From NCBI GenBank assembly GCA_030697825.1, contig JAUYOW010000078.1, forward strand, positions 1-63,529: a stretch of DNA of 63,529 nucleotides, given 5' to 3'. Made by a program: the position numbers and the translations under genes. The DNA comes from Gemmatimonadales bacterium. GTDB taxonomy: Bacteria; Gemmatimonadota; Gemmatimonadetes; Gemmatimonadales; JACORV01. The notes beneath the pieces are model-generated. The model ran no database searches, was not told where the DNA came from, and worked only from the letters and a program-made list of their open reading frames with translations. Below are positions 41,438 through 51,098 of the stretch, one piece after another; position 1 is the first letter of the stretch; each line of letters opens with the position of its first letter.

Positions 41438-43408
41438 TCAGCCCGCGGCAGGCTCTCCTCCACGCGGATTGCGCAGCAGCTTCGCCACTTCCTCCTGCCC
41501 CTGGATCGCCAGCTCGATCTCCGCCTCGAGTTCCCGCGCCGCCGAGAGGTCCGCGCTTAGCTGATCCACCGTGCCGACGCCCGCCTTGAGCCGCAGCAGG
41601 TCGAGCCGGATGTTCTCCAGCGCCGCCACTGAGACGCCGAGCCTTTTCTGTGCGACGTCACGCTGAGCTGCCAGGTCGTCCCGCAGCTTCTGTCTCCCGC
41701 CCGCGATGACGGCGCCGGCCGGCGCGCCCGTGATCTTAAGCGAGGCCGACTTCGCCGCCGGGTCCTCGGCGCTCACGTCCTCCAACATCGCCGCCAGCTC
41801 CTCGACCCGCGCCCGGGTGGCCTGCGCGTCGGCCTCGAGACGCCGCACCAGCGCGGGGAGGTCCTTGAGCTCCTTGCGGGTCTCTTTAGGCAGAGACTCG
41901 AACAGCGCGTCCGCCGCCAGGCCAATGGCGAGCTCGGTCGGACGATGCGTTGCGCCGGCCGGCAGCGCGGGCCGCTTGACTCCCACCCCGGCGACCTTGA
42001 ACAGCCACTTGCCCACCCTGCCGAGCCAGAGGCGCGAGCCGAGGTCGGGCTTGGTTTCTCCGCTCGCCTTCAAGATCCGACCGGGAATGGCGCGGCCGAG
42101 GAGGACGCCTGTGCCGGAGATGACATACGACGAAAGGAAGACTGTGAACCACCCCGTCCCCTCCCTAGCCGCCGGAAACAGGATGACCGCGAGCCCCGAG
42201 GCGATGGCGGTGCCGAACGCCACCAGCGTGGCCCCGCGTAGCAGCCGGCCGAACAGCGACGGCCCGCCCGTCTGCTCGAACGCGATCTCCTCGCGGCGCC
42301 GCTCGGTATGCTGGCGCACCGCGAGCCGGAGATCCTCGAGGCCGTATCCGGCCGCCAGTATGCGCTGTGTCTGGTGCAGGCGGTACAGAAGATAGGCACC
42401 CCACGAAAGTCCGAGACCGACAATCGAGCCCGCGTTGAGGCCACCCTCCACCCAACGCCAGGCGGTCAGGGCCATCAGCGCCGACCAGCCGTAGAGCGCC
42501 GGTTTTGCGCCGCGGCCCTTGGTGAGCCACACCCGCAGCGGCGCCGGCAGCTCGCGGGAAAGCTCAGTGGACTGCGCCACCGCCTCGGCCAGCGCTTCGC
42601 CCGTGGGGAACCGCGCGGCCGGGTCCTTGGCCAGGCACCTGTCAACCGCCTGCGCGATGCGCTTCGGGATGCCCGGCGCGGCCGACCCCAACGGCGGCGC
42701 CGGCTTGGTGATCTGCATCGCGAGCAAGGCGGGGATGTCGGGAGCGTCGAAAGGCAACTTCCCCGACAAGGCGAAGAACCCGACGACCCCGAGGGAGTAG
42801 AGGTCGCTGCGCCCGTCCACCGGCTCGCCGCAGGCCTGCTCCGGGCTCATGTACTGCGCGGTGCCCAGCACCTCGCCGACCGCCGTGCTCCCCGAGGTCT
42901 CCGTGACCCGCGCGATCCCGAAGTCGCTCACCAGCGCCCTGCCGCTCCCCTGCTCGAGGAGGATGTTGTCGGGCTTGATGTCGCGATGGACGATCCCCCG
43001 CAGGTGGGCGTAGGCGAGTGCCCATGCCACTTCCTGGATCAGCTTCGTCCCATCTCTGGGCGAGAGCGGGCCCTTGGCGCGGATGCGCTGACCGAGGGTC
43101 TCGCCCTCCACGTACGCCATCACAAAGAAGACGAAGTCGTCGACCGTCTCGACCGCGAAGATCGGGATGATGTTGGGGTGGGACAGCTTGGCCGCCGTCT
43201 GCGCCTCGCGCAGGAACCGTTCGCGCAGCGCGGGCTGCGCGGCCATGGCAGGCGGGAGGAGCTTGATTGCGACGGAGCGGTCGAGGGCTACGTCGCGAGC
43301 GAGGAAGACGATTCCCATTCCGCCGCGCCCCAGCTCCCGATCGAGCGAATACCGGCCGATGAGGGCCTGCTGGAGGGCGATGAACTCGGGAGCGACTGCG
43401 TCGGGCAT
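41438..43408 (-). CDS. membrane-anchored Ser/Thr protein kinase with C-terminal coiled-coil
   Basis: YSLDRELGRGGMGIVFLARD, HRDIKPDNILL and DFGIA kinase motifs. Several TM helices and a coiled-coil tail follow. Confidence 0.85.
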   Translation of the reverse strand: MPDAVAPEFIALQQALIGRYSLDRELGRGGMGIVFLARDVALDRSVAIKLLPPAMAAQPALRERFLREAQTAAKLSHPNIIPIFAVETVDDFVFFVMAYVEGETLGQRIRAKGPLSPRDGTKLIQEVAWALAYAHLRGIVHRDIKPDNILLEQGSGRALVSDFGIARVTETSGSTAVGEVLGTAQYMSPEQACGEPVDGRSDLYSLGVVGFFALSGKLPFDAPDIPALLAMQITKPAPPLGSAAPGIPKRIAQAVDRCLAKDPAARFPTGEALAEAVAQSTELSRELPAPLRVWLTKGRGAKPALYGWSALMALTAWRWVEGGLNAGSIVGLGLSWGAYLLYRLHQTQRILAAGYGLEDLRLAVRQHTERRREEIAFEQTGGPSLFGRLLRGATLVAFGTAIASGLAVILFPAAREGTGWFTVFLSSYVISGTGVLLGRAIPGRILKASGETKPDLGSRLWLGRVGKWLFKVAGVGVKRPALPAGATHRPTELAIGLAADALFESLPKETRKELKDLPALVRRLEADAQATRARVEELAAMLEDVSAEDPAAKSASLKITGAPAGAVIAGGRQKLRDDLAAQRDVAQKRLGVSVAALENIRLDLLRLKAGVGTVDQLSADLSAARELEAEIELAIQGQEEVAKLLRNPRGGEPAAG

Positions 43409-43536
43409 GGGCCTATCCTACCACCGCGCGCCGGGGGTTGCCAGAAACGACGCGAAACGGCGCCGCGAGGTTTCCCGCCGGCTCCCGGAGTCGCGTCTTG
43501 CCGACCCTCGCCTCAGGCACTTATGTACACGCGCCC

Positions 43537-44184
43537 ATGAGCGACCAGTCGCGGAACATCGGCCACGGCGCCCGCGTGGAGAACCAGATCCGGGGGATGG
43601 CCATCCTCCTCGGCATCTTCACGTCGGTCAGCCTTGTGATCGGTGTGACGGTCGGCTCGTGGAGCTGGCTGCTGCTCGCCGGATGCGCCGCGGGCTGGTG
43701 CGTGCTGGGCGGCTACTACCTCATCAATCGCGGCATCATCGAGCCGGTGGGCGACGCGATCGGGCGCATCGTCGTGCCGAGCGGCAGCTCGACGCCGTCG
43801 GTCAACCAGCACTCGAACATCCAGGCGATGGAGGCACGCGGCGAGCTCAGAAAGGCCGCGGAGGCGTACCGCGCCGTGATCGAGACGGAGCCGGAGGACA
43901 TCGTGGCGTGCGAGAAGCTGGGCCAGCTCGCCTTCCGGGAGCTGAAAGATTTCGGGCTGGCGATCTGGGCGTACCGCGAGGCCGACCGGCGGGTGAACGA
44001 GCCGAAGCGGCAGCTGGGCTACGCCCTGATCGTCGCGGGCATCTACCGAGACAACGTCCAGGACACGGGGAAGGCGATCGTGGAGATAAGGAAGGTGCTC
44101 GACCGTTTCCCGGACGCGCCGAACGCGGCGCAGCTGCGCGCCGAGCTGGACGAACTGAAGGCCCGCCACTTCGGGGCCCAATGA
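43537..44184 (+). CDS. membrane protein with TPR-like C-terminal domain
   Basis: Uses the internal ATG 43537. Two TM helices are followed by AEAYRAVIETEPEDIVACEKLGQLAF... helical repeats. Confidence 0.55.
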   Translation: MSDQSRNIGHGARVENQIRGMAILLGIFTSVSLVIGVTVGSWSWLLLAGCAAGWCVLGGYYLINRGIIEPVGDAIGRIVVPSGSSTPSVNQHSNIQAMEARGELRKAAEAYRAVIETEPEDIVACEKLGQLAFRELKDFGLAIWAYREADRRVNEPKRQLGYALIVAGIYRDNVQDTGKAIVEIRKVLDRFPDAPNAAQLRAELDELKARHFGAQ

Positions 44185-45239
44185 CGCGCCGGCAGCGGCT
44201 CGATCCCTCCGTCTTCCACCTGCCCGTCGAAAAGATGCGGCAGGGCTACTACACCGATAAGTACTTCGTCCGCGCCCGCGAGATCCTGCTGGCCGACCAG
44301 CACCGTCCCCGCGTGACGATGCAGGTGTTCGGCAAGTCTCACTCGTTCCTGGGCGGCATGGACGAGGCCGTCGCGATCCTGAAGCTCTGCTCCGTCGAGT
44401 GGGAAGAGCTCACCGTCCACGCCCTCCATGACGGCGATGAGGTCGAGCCTTGGGAGACGGTGATGCTGATCGAAGGCCCGTACGACGCCTTCGCGCATCT
44501 CGAGACCCTCTACCTGGGGGTCATCGCGCGGCGCACCAAGGTCGGTACCAACACGCGCCGGGTCGTCGAGGCGGCGCGGCCCAAGGAAGTGATGTTCTTC
44601 CCGGCCCGGCACGACCACTGGCTGGTCCAGACCGGCGATGGGTACGCGGCCCACGTGGCAGGCGCGATCGGCGTCTCGACCGATGCCCAGGCCTCCTGGT
44701 GGGGGAGCGAAGGCGTGGGCACCGTCCCCCACGCGCTCATCGCCGCGTACGGCGGGGACACCGTTCTCGCGACCACCAAGTTCGCGGACCTGATGCCGGC
44801 GCACACCCGGCTCGTCACCCTGGTGGACTTCGACAACGACTGCGTCGGCGCCAGCCTCGCCTGTGCCCGCGCCCTCGGCGACAAGCTCTACGGGGTCCGG
44901 CTCGATACCTCCGAGACCATGGTGGACAAGTCGGTCCTGCCGCAGATGGGCACCATCCGGCCCACGGGCGTGAACCCGCAGCTCGTATGGAACGTCCGCC
45001 GGGCCCTCGACGCCGAAGGGTTCCAGCACGTGAAGATCGTCGTGTCCGGCGGCTTCACCGTCGAGAAGATCCGCCTTTTCGAGGAGCAGGGAGTGCCGGT
45101 GGACGCGTACGGCGTCGGCTCGTCGCTCTACCAGGGCCGCTACGACTTCACGGGCGACGTCGTGCTGGTCGAGGGCAAGCCCTGCGCCAAGACGGGGCGG
45201 GTCTACCGGGCGAATCCGAGGTTGGAGCGGGTGGATTAG
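44181..45239 (+). CDS. pncB: nicotinate phosphoribosyltransferase
   Basis: YYTDKYFVRAREIL..., GVGTVPHALI and VRLDTSE NAPRTase patterns. ATGA overlap with the upstream gene. Confidence 0.75.
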   Translation: MTRRQRLDPSVFHLPVEKMRQGYYTDKYFVRAREILLADQHRPRVTMQVFGKSHSFLGGMDEAVAILKLCSVEWEELTVHALHDGDEVEPWETVMLIEGPYDAFAHLETLYLGVIARRTKVGTNTRRVVEAARPKEVMFFPARHDHWLVQTGDGYAAHVAGAIGVSTDAQASWWGSEGVGTVPHALIAAYGGDTVLATTKFADLMPAHTRLVTLVDFDNDCVGASLACARALGDKLYGVRLDTSETMVDKSVLPQMGTIRPTGVNPQLVWNVRRALDAEGFQHVKIVVSGGFTVEKIRLFEEQGVPVDAYGVGSSLYQGRYDFTGDVVLVEGKPCAKTGRVYRANPRLERVD

Positions 45240-45567
45240 GTGTCGGGTGTCACCCCACACCCTCACCCCCTCTTGCGCTCCCGTGCCGCTTTGTATATTT
45301 ATGCACTCGTTCGCATGAGTATGCACTTCGTAACGGGAGCCGAAATGAACCGAGCCGCGAAGAAGCCGCGCCCCAATACCCCTCCGCCCGAAGCGTTCGG
45401 CATCTAGCTCCTCGCAGTCCCCCGCGCTGAAGCAGGCCTGCGCCGCCCGGGCGTTCACCTATCGCCGACGTAATCGGTAGGGGAACGTCCGGGCGAGGCG
45501 TCTCCCCTCTCCCCTCTCCCCGCTCCCCGCTCCTCTCAGGTACATTCACGGCCGGAGGGGAACGCTC

Positions 45568-46227
45568 ATGTCCACCACGATCTTCTGGGACGTCGATACC
45601 CAGGTCGATTTCATGAGTTCGGACGGGAAGCTGTACGTGCCTGACGCCGAGTCCATCATCCCGAACCTGAAGCGTCTCACCGATCACGCGCACGCCCGCG
45701 GCTACCGTATCGTCGCCAGCGCCGATGACCATGTGCCGGGCCACCGCGAGCTGTCGGCCGCGCCAGACTTCCGGGAGACGTTCCCGCTCCACTGCATGCG
45801 TGGCACCGCGGGGCAGGCCAAGATCCCGGAGACGGCGTTGCGGGATCCCCTCGTGATCGAGCCCGAGCCCCAGGATCCGGTGGCCCTCAAGGCGCGCGTC
45901 GGCGCGCACCAGGGCGACATCCTTCTCCACAAACACTGGTTCGACGTGTTCACCAACCTGAACGTGGAGACCGTGCTCGCCGTGCTGAATCCCAACACCG
46001 TGGTGCTGTACGGCGTCGCGCTCGACGTCTGCGACAAGTACGCCATCGAGGGTCTGGTCGAGCGCCATCCCGACATCCGGCTATTCGTGGTGAGCGACGC
46101 GATGAAGCCGATAGACCGGGATGCCGCAGAGCACCTCCTCAAGCAGTGGGCCGAAGAGGGTGTCCGGATCGTCCCGACCGCCGAAGTCGTGGAAGAGGGA
46201 CTGCTCGAAGCGCAGCACGCCGCGTGA
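45568..46227 (+). CDS. pncA: nicotinamidase / isochorismatase-family hydrolase
   Basis: IFWDVDTQVDFM..., DDHVPGH, a HCM(R)GT region, and VVLYGVALDVCD with the catalytic Cys. Confidence 0.75.
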   Translation: MSTTIFWDVDTQVDFMSSDGKLYVPDAESIIPNLKRLTDHAHARGYRIVASADDHVPGHRELSAAPDFRETFPLHCMRGTAGQAKIPETALRDPLVIEPEPQDPVALKARVGAHQGDILLHKHWFDVFTNLNVETVLAVLNPNTVVLYGVALDVCDKYAIEGLVERHPDIRLFVVSDAMKPIDRDAAEHLLKQWAEEGVRIVPTAEVVEEGLLEAQHAA

Positions 46228-47327
46228 CGGCGCCATTCGGCCGGTTCTTCCTGCCGGGGCCCACCGAGGTGCTGCCGGAGATCCTCGCGGCCCAGGTGCG
46301 CCCGATGATCGGGCACCGCGGCACCGCCACCGAAGCGCTCCTGGGCGGCGTGGACGCTCCGCTCAAGGCCGCCTTCCGCACCCGGAACCCGGTGATCATC
46401 TCGACCTCTTCCGCCACCGGGTTGATGGAGGCGGCGATCCGGAACGGCGTCCGCCGGCGAGTACTCTGTCTGGTGAACGGCGCGTTCTCGCAGCGCTTCG
46501 CCGACATCGCCAAGGCGTGCGGCACCGACCACGTCGTGGCCGAGGTGCCGCTCGGCGAGACCTTCGAGGCCGACCGGGTGCGGGACCTGCTCAAGGAAAC
46601 GGGCGCCGACGCGGTCACCGTGGTCCACTCGGAGTCGGCGACGGGCGCTCTCTCCCCTCTGGACGAGATCGCCGCCGCCGTCCACGAGTTCCCGGACGTC
46701 CTCCTGCTGGTGGACGCGGTGACCTCGCTCGGCGGCTGTGCGGTCGAGACGGACGCATGGGGCCTCGACTTCGTCCTGACCGGCTCACAGAAGGCGCTCG
46801 CGCTGCCGCCCGGCCTGGCCTTCGGGGTCGCGTCGGAGCGGTTGCTCGCGCGCGCGAAGACGATCACCGGCCGCGGCATCTACTTCGACCTGCTGCCGTA
46901 CGACGCGCAGGCGCGCAAGCGCCAGACGCCCTACACGCCCGCGATGTCGCTCCTCTACGCGCTCGACGCGCAGCTCCGGCGCATCGCGGCCACCGGGGGC
47001 ATCGAAGCCCGCTGGGCCCGGCATCGCGCCATGCGCGAGCGGGTGGAGCGGTGGACGGGGGAGAAGGGAGAAGCGCTCGGCATCGCCTTCCTGCCGCGCG
47101 AGGGCCGGCGCTCATGGACGATCTCGTGCCACCGGCTCGAGGCCGCCGCGGACGGGCGGTCCGGGGGCAGCGTGGCGAAACGGATGGAAGCCCGCGGCTT
47201 CGTGATCGCGGCCGGCTACGGCAAGCTCAAGGACTCGACGTTCCGCATCGGCCACATGGGAGACCACACCGTGCCGGAGTTGGACGCGCTGCTCGCCGAG
47301 TTGGAAGAAGTGTTGCGCCGTGGGTGA
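46224..47327 (+). CDS. class V aminotransferase (serine-glyoxylate / phosphoserine aminotransferase type)
   Basis: FLPGPTEV N-terminus and GSQKALALPPGL (PLP Lys). The GTG start overlaps the pncA stop. It lies immediately upstream of serA. Confidence 0.75.
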   Translation: MTAPFGRFFLPGPTEVLPEILAAQVRPMIGHRGTATEALLGGVDAPLKAAFRTRNPVIISTSSATGLMEAAIRNGVRRRVLCLVNGAFSQRFADIAKACGTDHVVAEVPLGETFEADRVRDLLKETGADAVTVVHSESATGALSPLDEIAAAVHEFPDVLLLVDAVTSLGGCAVETDAWGLDFVLTGSQKALALPPGLAFGVASERLLARAKTITGRGIYFDLLPYDAQARKRQTPYTPAMSLLYALDAQLRRIAATGGIEARWARHRAMRERVERWTGEKGEALGIAFLPREGRRSWTISCHRLEAAADGRSGGSVAKRMEARGFVIAAGYGKLKDSTFRIGHMGDHTVPELDALLAELEEVLRRG

Positions 47328-48921
47328 GCGCGTCGTCGTCGCCGACCGGATCGCGGCGCCGGGCGTCCAGCTCCTCAAGGGCGTTCACGGCCTCGACGTC
47401 GTCGAGACGGTTGGCAAGGGGGCCGAGGCGCTGAGGGACGCGCTCCTGGACGCCGCGGCGCTGGTGGTGCGCAGCGAGACCCAGGTGACGCCGGAGCTGA
47501 TGGCCGGCGCACCCAAGCTCCGGATCGTCGCCCGCGCCGGCATCGGCGTGGACAACATCGACCTCGAGGAAGCGACGCGGCGCGGGATCGCCGTTCTGAC
47601 CGCCCCCGGCGCCAACTCCACCAGCGCCGCCGAGCACACCTTCGCGCTGATGCTCGCCCTGGCTCGCAGGATCCCGGCGGCGTCGGCCTCGGTCGCGGCG
47701 GGCAAGTGGGACCGCAAGAGCTACGAGGGCACCGAGCTGCGCGGCAAGACGCTCGCGATCCTGGGCCTGGGCCGCATCGGCTCGCTGGTCGCGCAGATCG
47801 GCCGGGCGTTCGGCATGACGGTGATCGCGCTCGATCCCTACGTCATGGCCGCGCACGCCTCGTCGCTCGGCGTTGAGTTGCTGCCGCTCGAGGAGGTGCT
47901 CGCTCGGGCGGACGTCATCACCCTCCACATCGCTCTCACCGAGGACACCCGCCAGCTCATCAACGCTGAGCGCCTCAAGCTGGTCAAGAAGACGGCGCTG
48001 CTGGTCAACACCGCGCGCGGCGCGCTGGTCGACGAGGCGGCGCTGTCCGCGGCGCTGGTGGAGGGCAGGCTCGCCGGTGCGGCGCTCGACGTCTTCGAAC
48101 CGGAGCCGCTGCCCGCCGATTCACCCCTGCGCGGGGCGCCCAACGTCATCCTCACCCCGCACCTCGGGGCGTCCACGAAGGAAGCGCAGACCCGGGTCTC
48201 GATCGAGATCGCGGAGGCGGTGCGTGACGCGCTGCTCTCGGGCGACCTGCGCAGCGCGGTGAACCTGCCCGGGCTCGACGCCTCACAGCTCGCCTCGAGC
48301 CGGCCGCTCATGGACCTTGGCCAGCGGCTAGGCAAGCTCGCCTTCGGCTTGGGCTCGGGCGGCGTGCAGTCGGTGGATGTGACCTACCGCGGCACCGACG
48401 ACCGTGCTGCCGACACGGCCGGCATCGCCGCGCTCTCGGGCGTCCTGGTGGCGATGGGGATGGACCGGGTGTCGCTGGTCAATGCCGGGCACCTGGCGCG
48501 CCAGCGCGGGATCCGGGTGACCCGCCGCGCCGAGGACCCGGACGTCTTCCAGACCAGCCTGAGCGTCGAGTTGGTCGCCGATGGGCGGACCGTCCGGGTG
48601 CAGGGCGCGCTCCTGGGGGACGCGCACGCGCGCATCGTGCGGATCCATGACTACCACGTGGACGTGGAGCCCTTCGGCACGCTGCTCGTGCTGACCAACC
48701 GGGACGTGCCGGGCGTGATCGGGAAAGTGGGAACGATGCTGGGCGCCGCCGGCGTCAACATCAGCGACTACCATCAGTCGCGCCCGCCGCGGCGCGGCGA
48801 CGACGCCCTGGCCGCCATCGCGCTGGAGGTGCGCGCGCCGACACCGGTGCTCGAGGACCTGCGGAAGATGCCGGAGGTCACCGGCGTGTGGCAGGTGGAC
48901 CTGGGGCCGCCGACGGCCTAG
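47320..48921 (+). CDS. serA: D-3-phosphoglycerate dehydrogenase
   Basis: [10 protein letters not shown] (NAD binding), the ARGALVDE...TPHLGAST catalytic region, and a C-terminal ACT domain. Confidence 0.85.
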   Translation: MGERVVVADRIAAPGVQLLKGVHGLDVVETVGKGAEALRDALLDAAALVVRSETQVTPELMAGAPKLRIVARAGIGVDNIDLEEATRRGIAVLTAPGANSTSAAEHTFALMLALARRIPAASASVAAGKWDRKSYEGTELRGKTLAILGLGRIGSLVAQIGRAFGMTVIALDPYVMAAHASSLGVELLPLEEVLARADVITLHIALTEDTRQLINAERLKLVKKTALLVNTARGALVDEAALSAALVEGRLAGAALDVFEPEPLPADSPLRGAPNVILTPHLGASTKEAQTRVSIEIAEAVRDALLSGDLRSAVNLPGLDASQLASSRPLMDLGQRLGKLAFGLGSGGVQSVDVTYRGTDDRAADTAGIAALSGVLVAMGMDRVSLVNAGHLARQRGIRVTRRAEDPDVFQTSLSVELVADGRTVRVQGALLGDAHARIVRIHDYHVDVEPFGTLLVLTNRDVPGVIGKVGTMLGAAGVNISDYHQSRPPRRGDDALAAIALEVRAPTPVLEDLRKMPEVTGVWQVDLGPPTA

Positions 48922-51041
48922 TCCGCGGCCTGCTCCAGAGGCGGCTGGTGGGTCTGTAGCCGGAAGCTCTGCACCGCGGTGGTAAGCCGGTCCGCCGCCC
49001 TCGCCAGGTTCTGCGCGGAAGCGGCGATCTCCTGCGTCGCGGCCGTCTGCTCTTCCGAAGACGCGGCGATCTCCTCCGCCGACGCGACGAACGATTCGGC
49101 GCTCGCGGCGAGCTGGTCCAGCCGCGCGGCGATCTCCTGAACCAGCTGCTCTGACTCCACTGCCGAGGCGTTGATCTCGCGCGACCAGATGTCGTTGTCG
49201 CCGGCCGCCTTCGCGACCGCGCCCAACCCTTCGCCCACGGTACGCGCCGCCCGTCTCGCTGCCGCGCTCCCCTCGCCGAGGCGGGTCATCGCGTCGTGAG
49301 CGCCCTTCACCCGCTTGAGTACCTGCTGCACCGTACCCTCGGTCGTGACCGCCGCCTGTGCCGCCTGGGTCGCCAGCTTGCGCACTTCGTCGGCCACGAT
49401 CGCGAAGCCGCGGCCGTGCTCGCCCGCCCGTGCCGCTTCGATCGCGGCGTTCAGCGCCAGCATGTTGGTCTGGGTCGCGATCGTCTTGGTCTGCGCTACG
49501 AACCGCGAGATCTGGTTCGAGGCCTCCCTGAGCGCCGCGGACTCCGCCGCGCCCTTCTCCACCTCCGCCGCCAGGCCCTCGAGTGCGGCGCTGCTCTCCT
49601 CGAGCTGCGCCCGGTGCTCTTCGGCCACGGTCGCGAGCGCGCTGTTGCGGGCGGCCGCGTCGCGCGATGTCTCGGCGAGGCGCTTCGCGATGGCGAGGAT
49701 GCGGTTCGCGTCCACCGCCGCCGCCTTCACGACCTCGGCTTGCTGCTGCGCGCGGCGTGAAAGGTCCTGAGTCGTGGACGACATCTCCTGGCCCGCGGCC
49801 GCCATCTCTTCGGTGGACGCGCTGATCTCGGCCGCCATCGCCGCCGCTTCGTCAGCCGCCGAGCGTATGGCCCCGACGAGGCGCCGGAGCGCGCCGACCA
49901 TCCCGATCAACGAAGAGCCCAGGTGCGCTACTTCCGCCGTGCCTCGCGTCAGCTCGAGGTCCACGGCAAGGTCGCCCTGCGCGACCGCGCTCGCAGCAGC
50001 AGCGAGCCGCTCGACCGGCTTCGTCACGCGGCGGTTGAGCCATGCGCCGAGGCCGAAGAGCGCGAAAACCACCAACACCCCCAGGGTGATCGCCACCACG
50101 AGGATCAGCTTGCCGATGGCGTTCACCGACTCGTAGATCCGCTCCGCCGGCTGGCGCACCACCACCCACCACCGGGCGCTACCGACCCGGGCCGTCGCCG
50201 TTCGTTCGGTGCCGTGCTCGGCGTCCTGGACGGTCGTGAAGCTGACCGTGTCGGCGAAGGTGAGGCTCGGGGCCTCCGGCAGCAGCTTCAGGAGCTGGGT
50301 CGAGTCGCCGCCCACGATCAGCTTGCCGAATTGGTCCACCACCTGCACCGCCGCGCCCGCGCCGGCGTCAGAGCTCGCCACCAGGCGGGAGAGCCGATCG
50401 AGGTCGAACGTGCCTCGGAAGACGCCGACCCGGCGCTGGGTCCCGCGCGCCACGATCGGTGCCGCCATCTGGAGGGAGACGACCCTCGCCGACTCGTCAT
50501 ACGTCGGCTCCGACTGGTACCAGCCCGTCTGCATCGCCCGCTGCCACCACTCTTCGTCGCTCTGCACGAAATCGGACGTAGCCTCGGACGTGACCGCGTT
50601 GTAGCCGTGAGACTCCGTGAAGAACAGTTCGGCGAAATCGGAACGGTCCACGGCGGCCCGGAGGAACGCCTTGGCCACGGGATCCACCTCGAGCGAGCGG
50701 GTGGCCGTGAATCGGCGCTCGAGCTGGTCGATGGTATTCAGCGGCAGCCCCTGCTGCGCCGCCTGGGCGTCCGCCGCTTCCGCCGCGGCCACGACCGTCG
50801 GCGTCGAGGCCAGCAGCTCCAACTCGCTGCGACGCTCCCGCATGTACTGGGCGATCAGCGAGGACGTACGCTGGGCGATGTCGGCCAGTCGCCGGTCGGC
50901 GTCGGACTGGAGGTAGCCTTTCGCCACCCGCCAGGAGAGCGCCGCGACGGCGGCCACCACGATGAGCGCGGCGACGATGCCGAACGTGAGGAGATAGCTC
51001 TGGAGGCTGCGGTCGCCGGAACGACGCGGGGTAGCGGGCAT
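48918..51041 (-). CDS. methyl-accepting chemotaxis protein (periplasmic sensor + HAMP + MA domain)
   Basis: Two TM helices flank a periplasmic domain of about 270 aa. The signalling hairpin is conserved (...[17 protein letters not shown]...). Confidence 0.85.
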   Translation of the reverse strand: MPATPRRSGDRSLQSYLLTFGIVAALIVVAAVAALSWRVAKGYLQSDADRRLADIAQRTSSLIAQYMRERRSELELLASTPTVVAAAEAADAQAAQQGLPLNTIDQLERRFTATRSLEVDPVAKAFLRAAVDRSDFAELFFTESHGYNAVTSEATSDFVQSDEEWWQRAMQTGWYQSEPTYDESARVVSLQMAAPIVARGTQRRVGVFRGTFDLDRLSRLVASSDAGAGAAVQVVDQFGKLIVGGDSTQLLKLLPEAPSLTFADTVSFTTVQDAEHGTERTATARVGSARWWVVVRQPAERIYESVNAIGKLILVVAITLGVLVVFALFGLGAWLNRRVTKPVERLAAAASAVAQGDLAVDLELTRGTAEVAHLGSSLIGMVGALRRLVGAIRSAADEAAAMAAEISASTEEMAAAGQEMSSTTQDLSRRAQQQAEVVKAAAVDANRILAIAKRLAETSRDAAARNSALATVAEEHRAQLEESSAALEGLAAEVEKGAAESAALREASNQISRFVAQTKTIATQTNMLALNAAIEAARAGEHGRGFAIVADEVRKLATQAAQAAVTTEGTVQQVLKRVKGAHDAMTRLGEGSAAARRAARTVGEGLGAVAKAAGDNDIWSREINASAVESEQLVQEIAARLDQLAASAESFVASAEEIAASSEEQTAATQEIAASAQNLARAADRLTTAVQSFRLQTHQPPLEQAAD

Positions 51042-51098
51042 CTCCGGTCAAGGTAGGGATGGCTGTTTCACGCCGCAAGCCGCTATTTTTCGCCTCTT

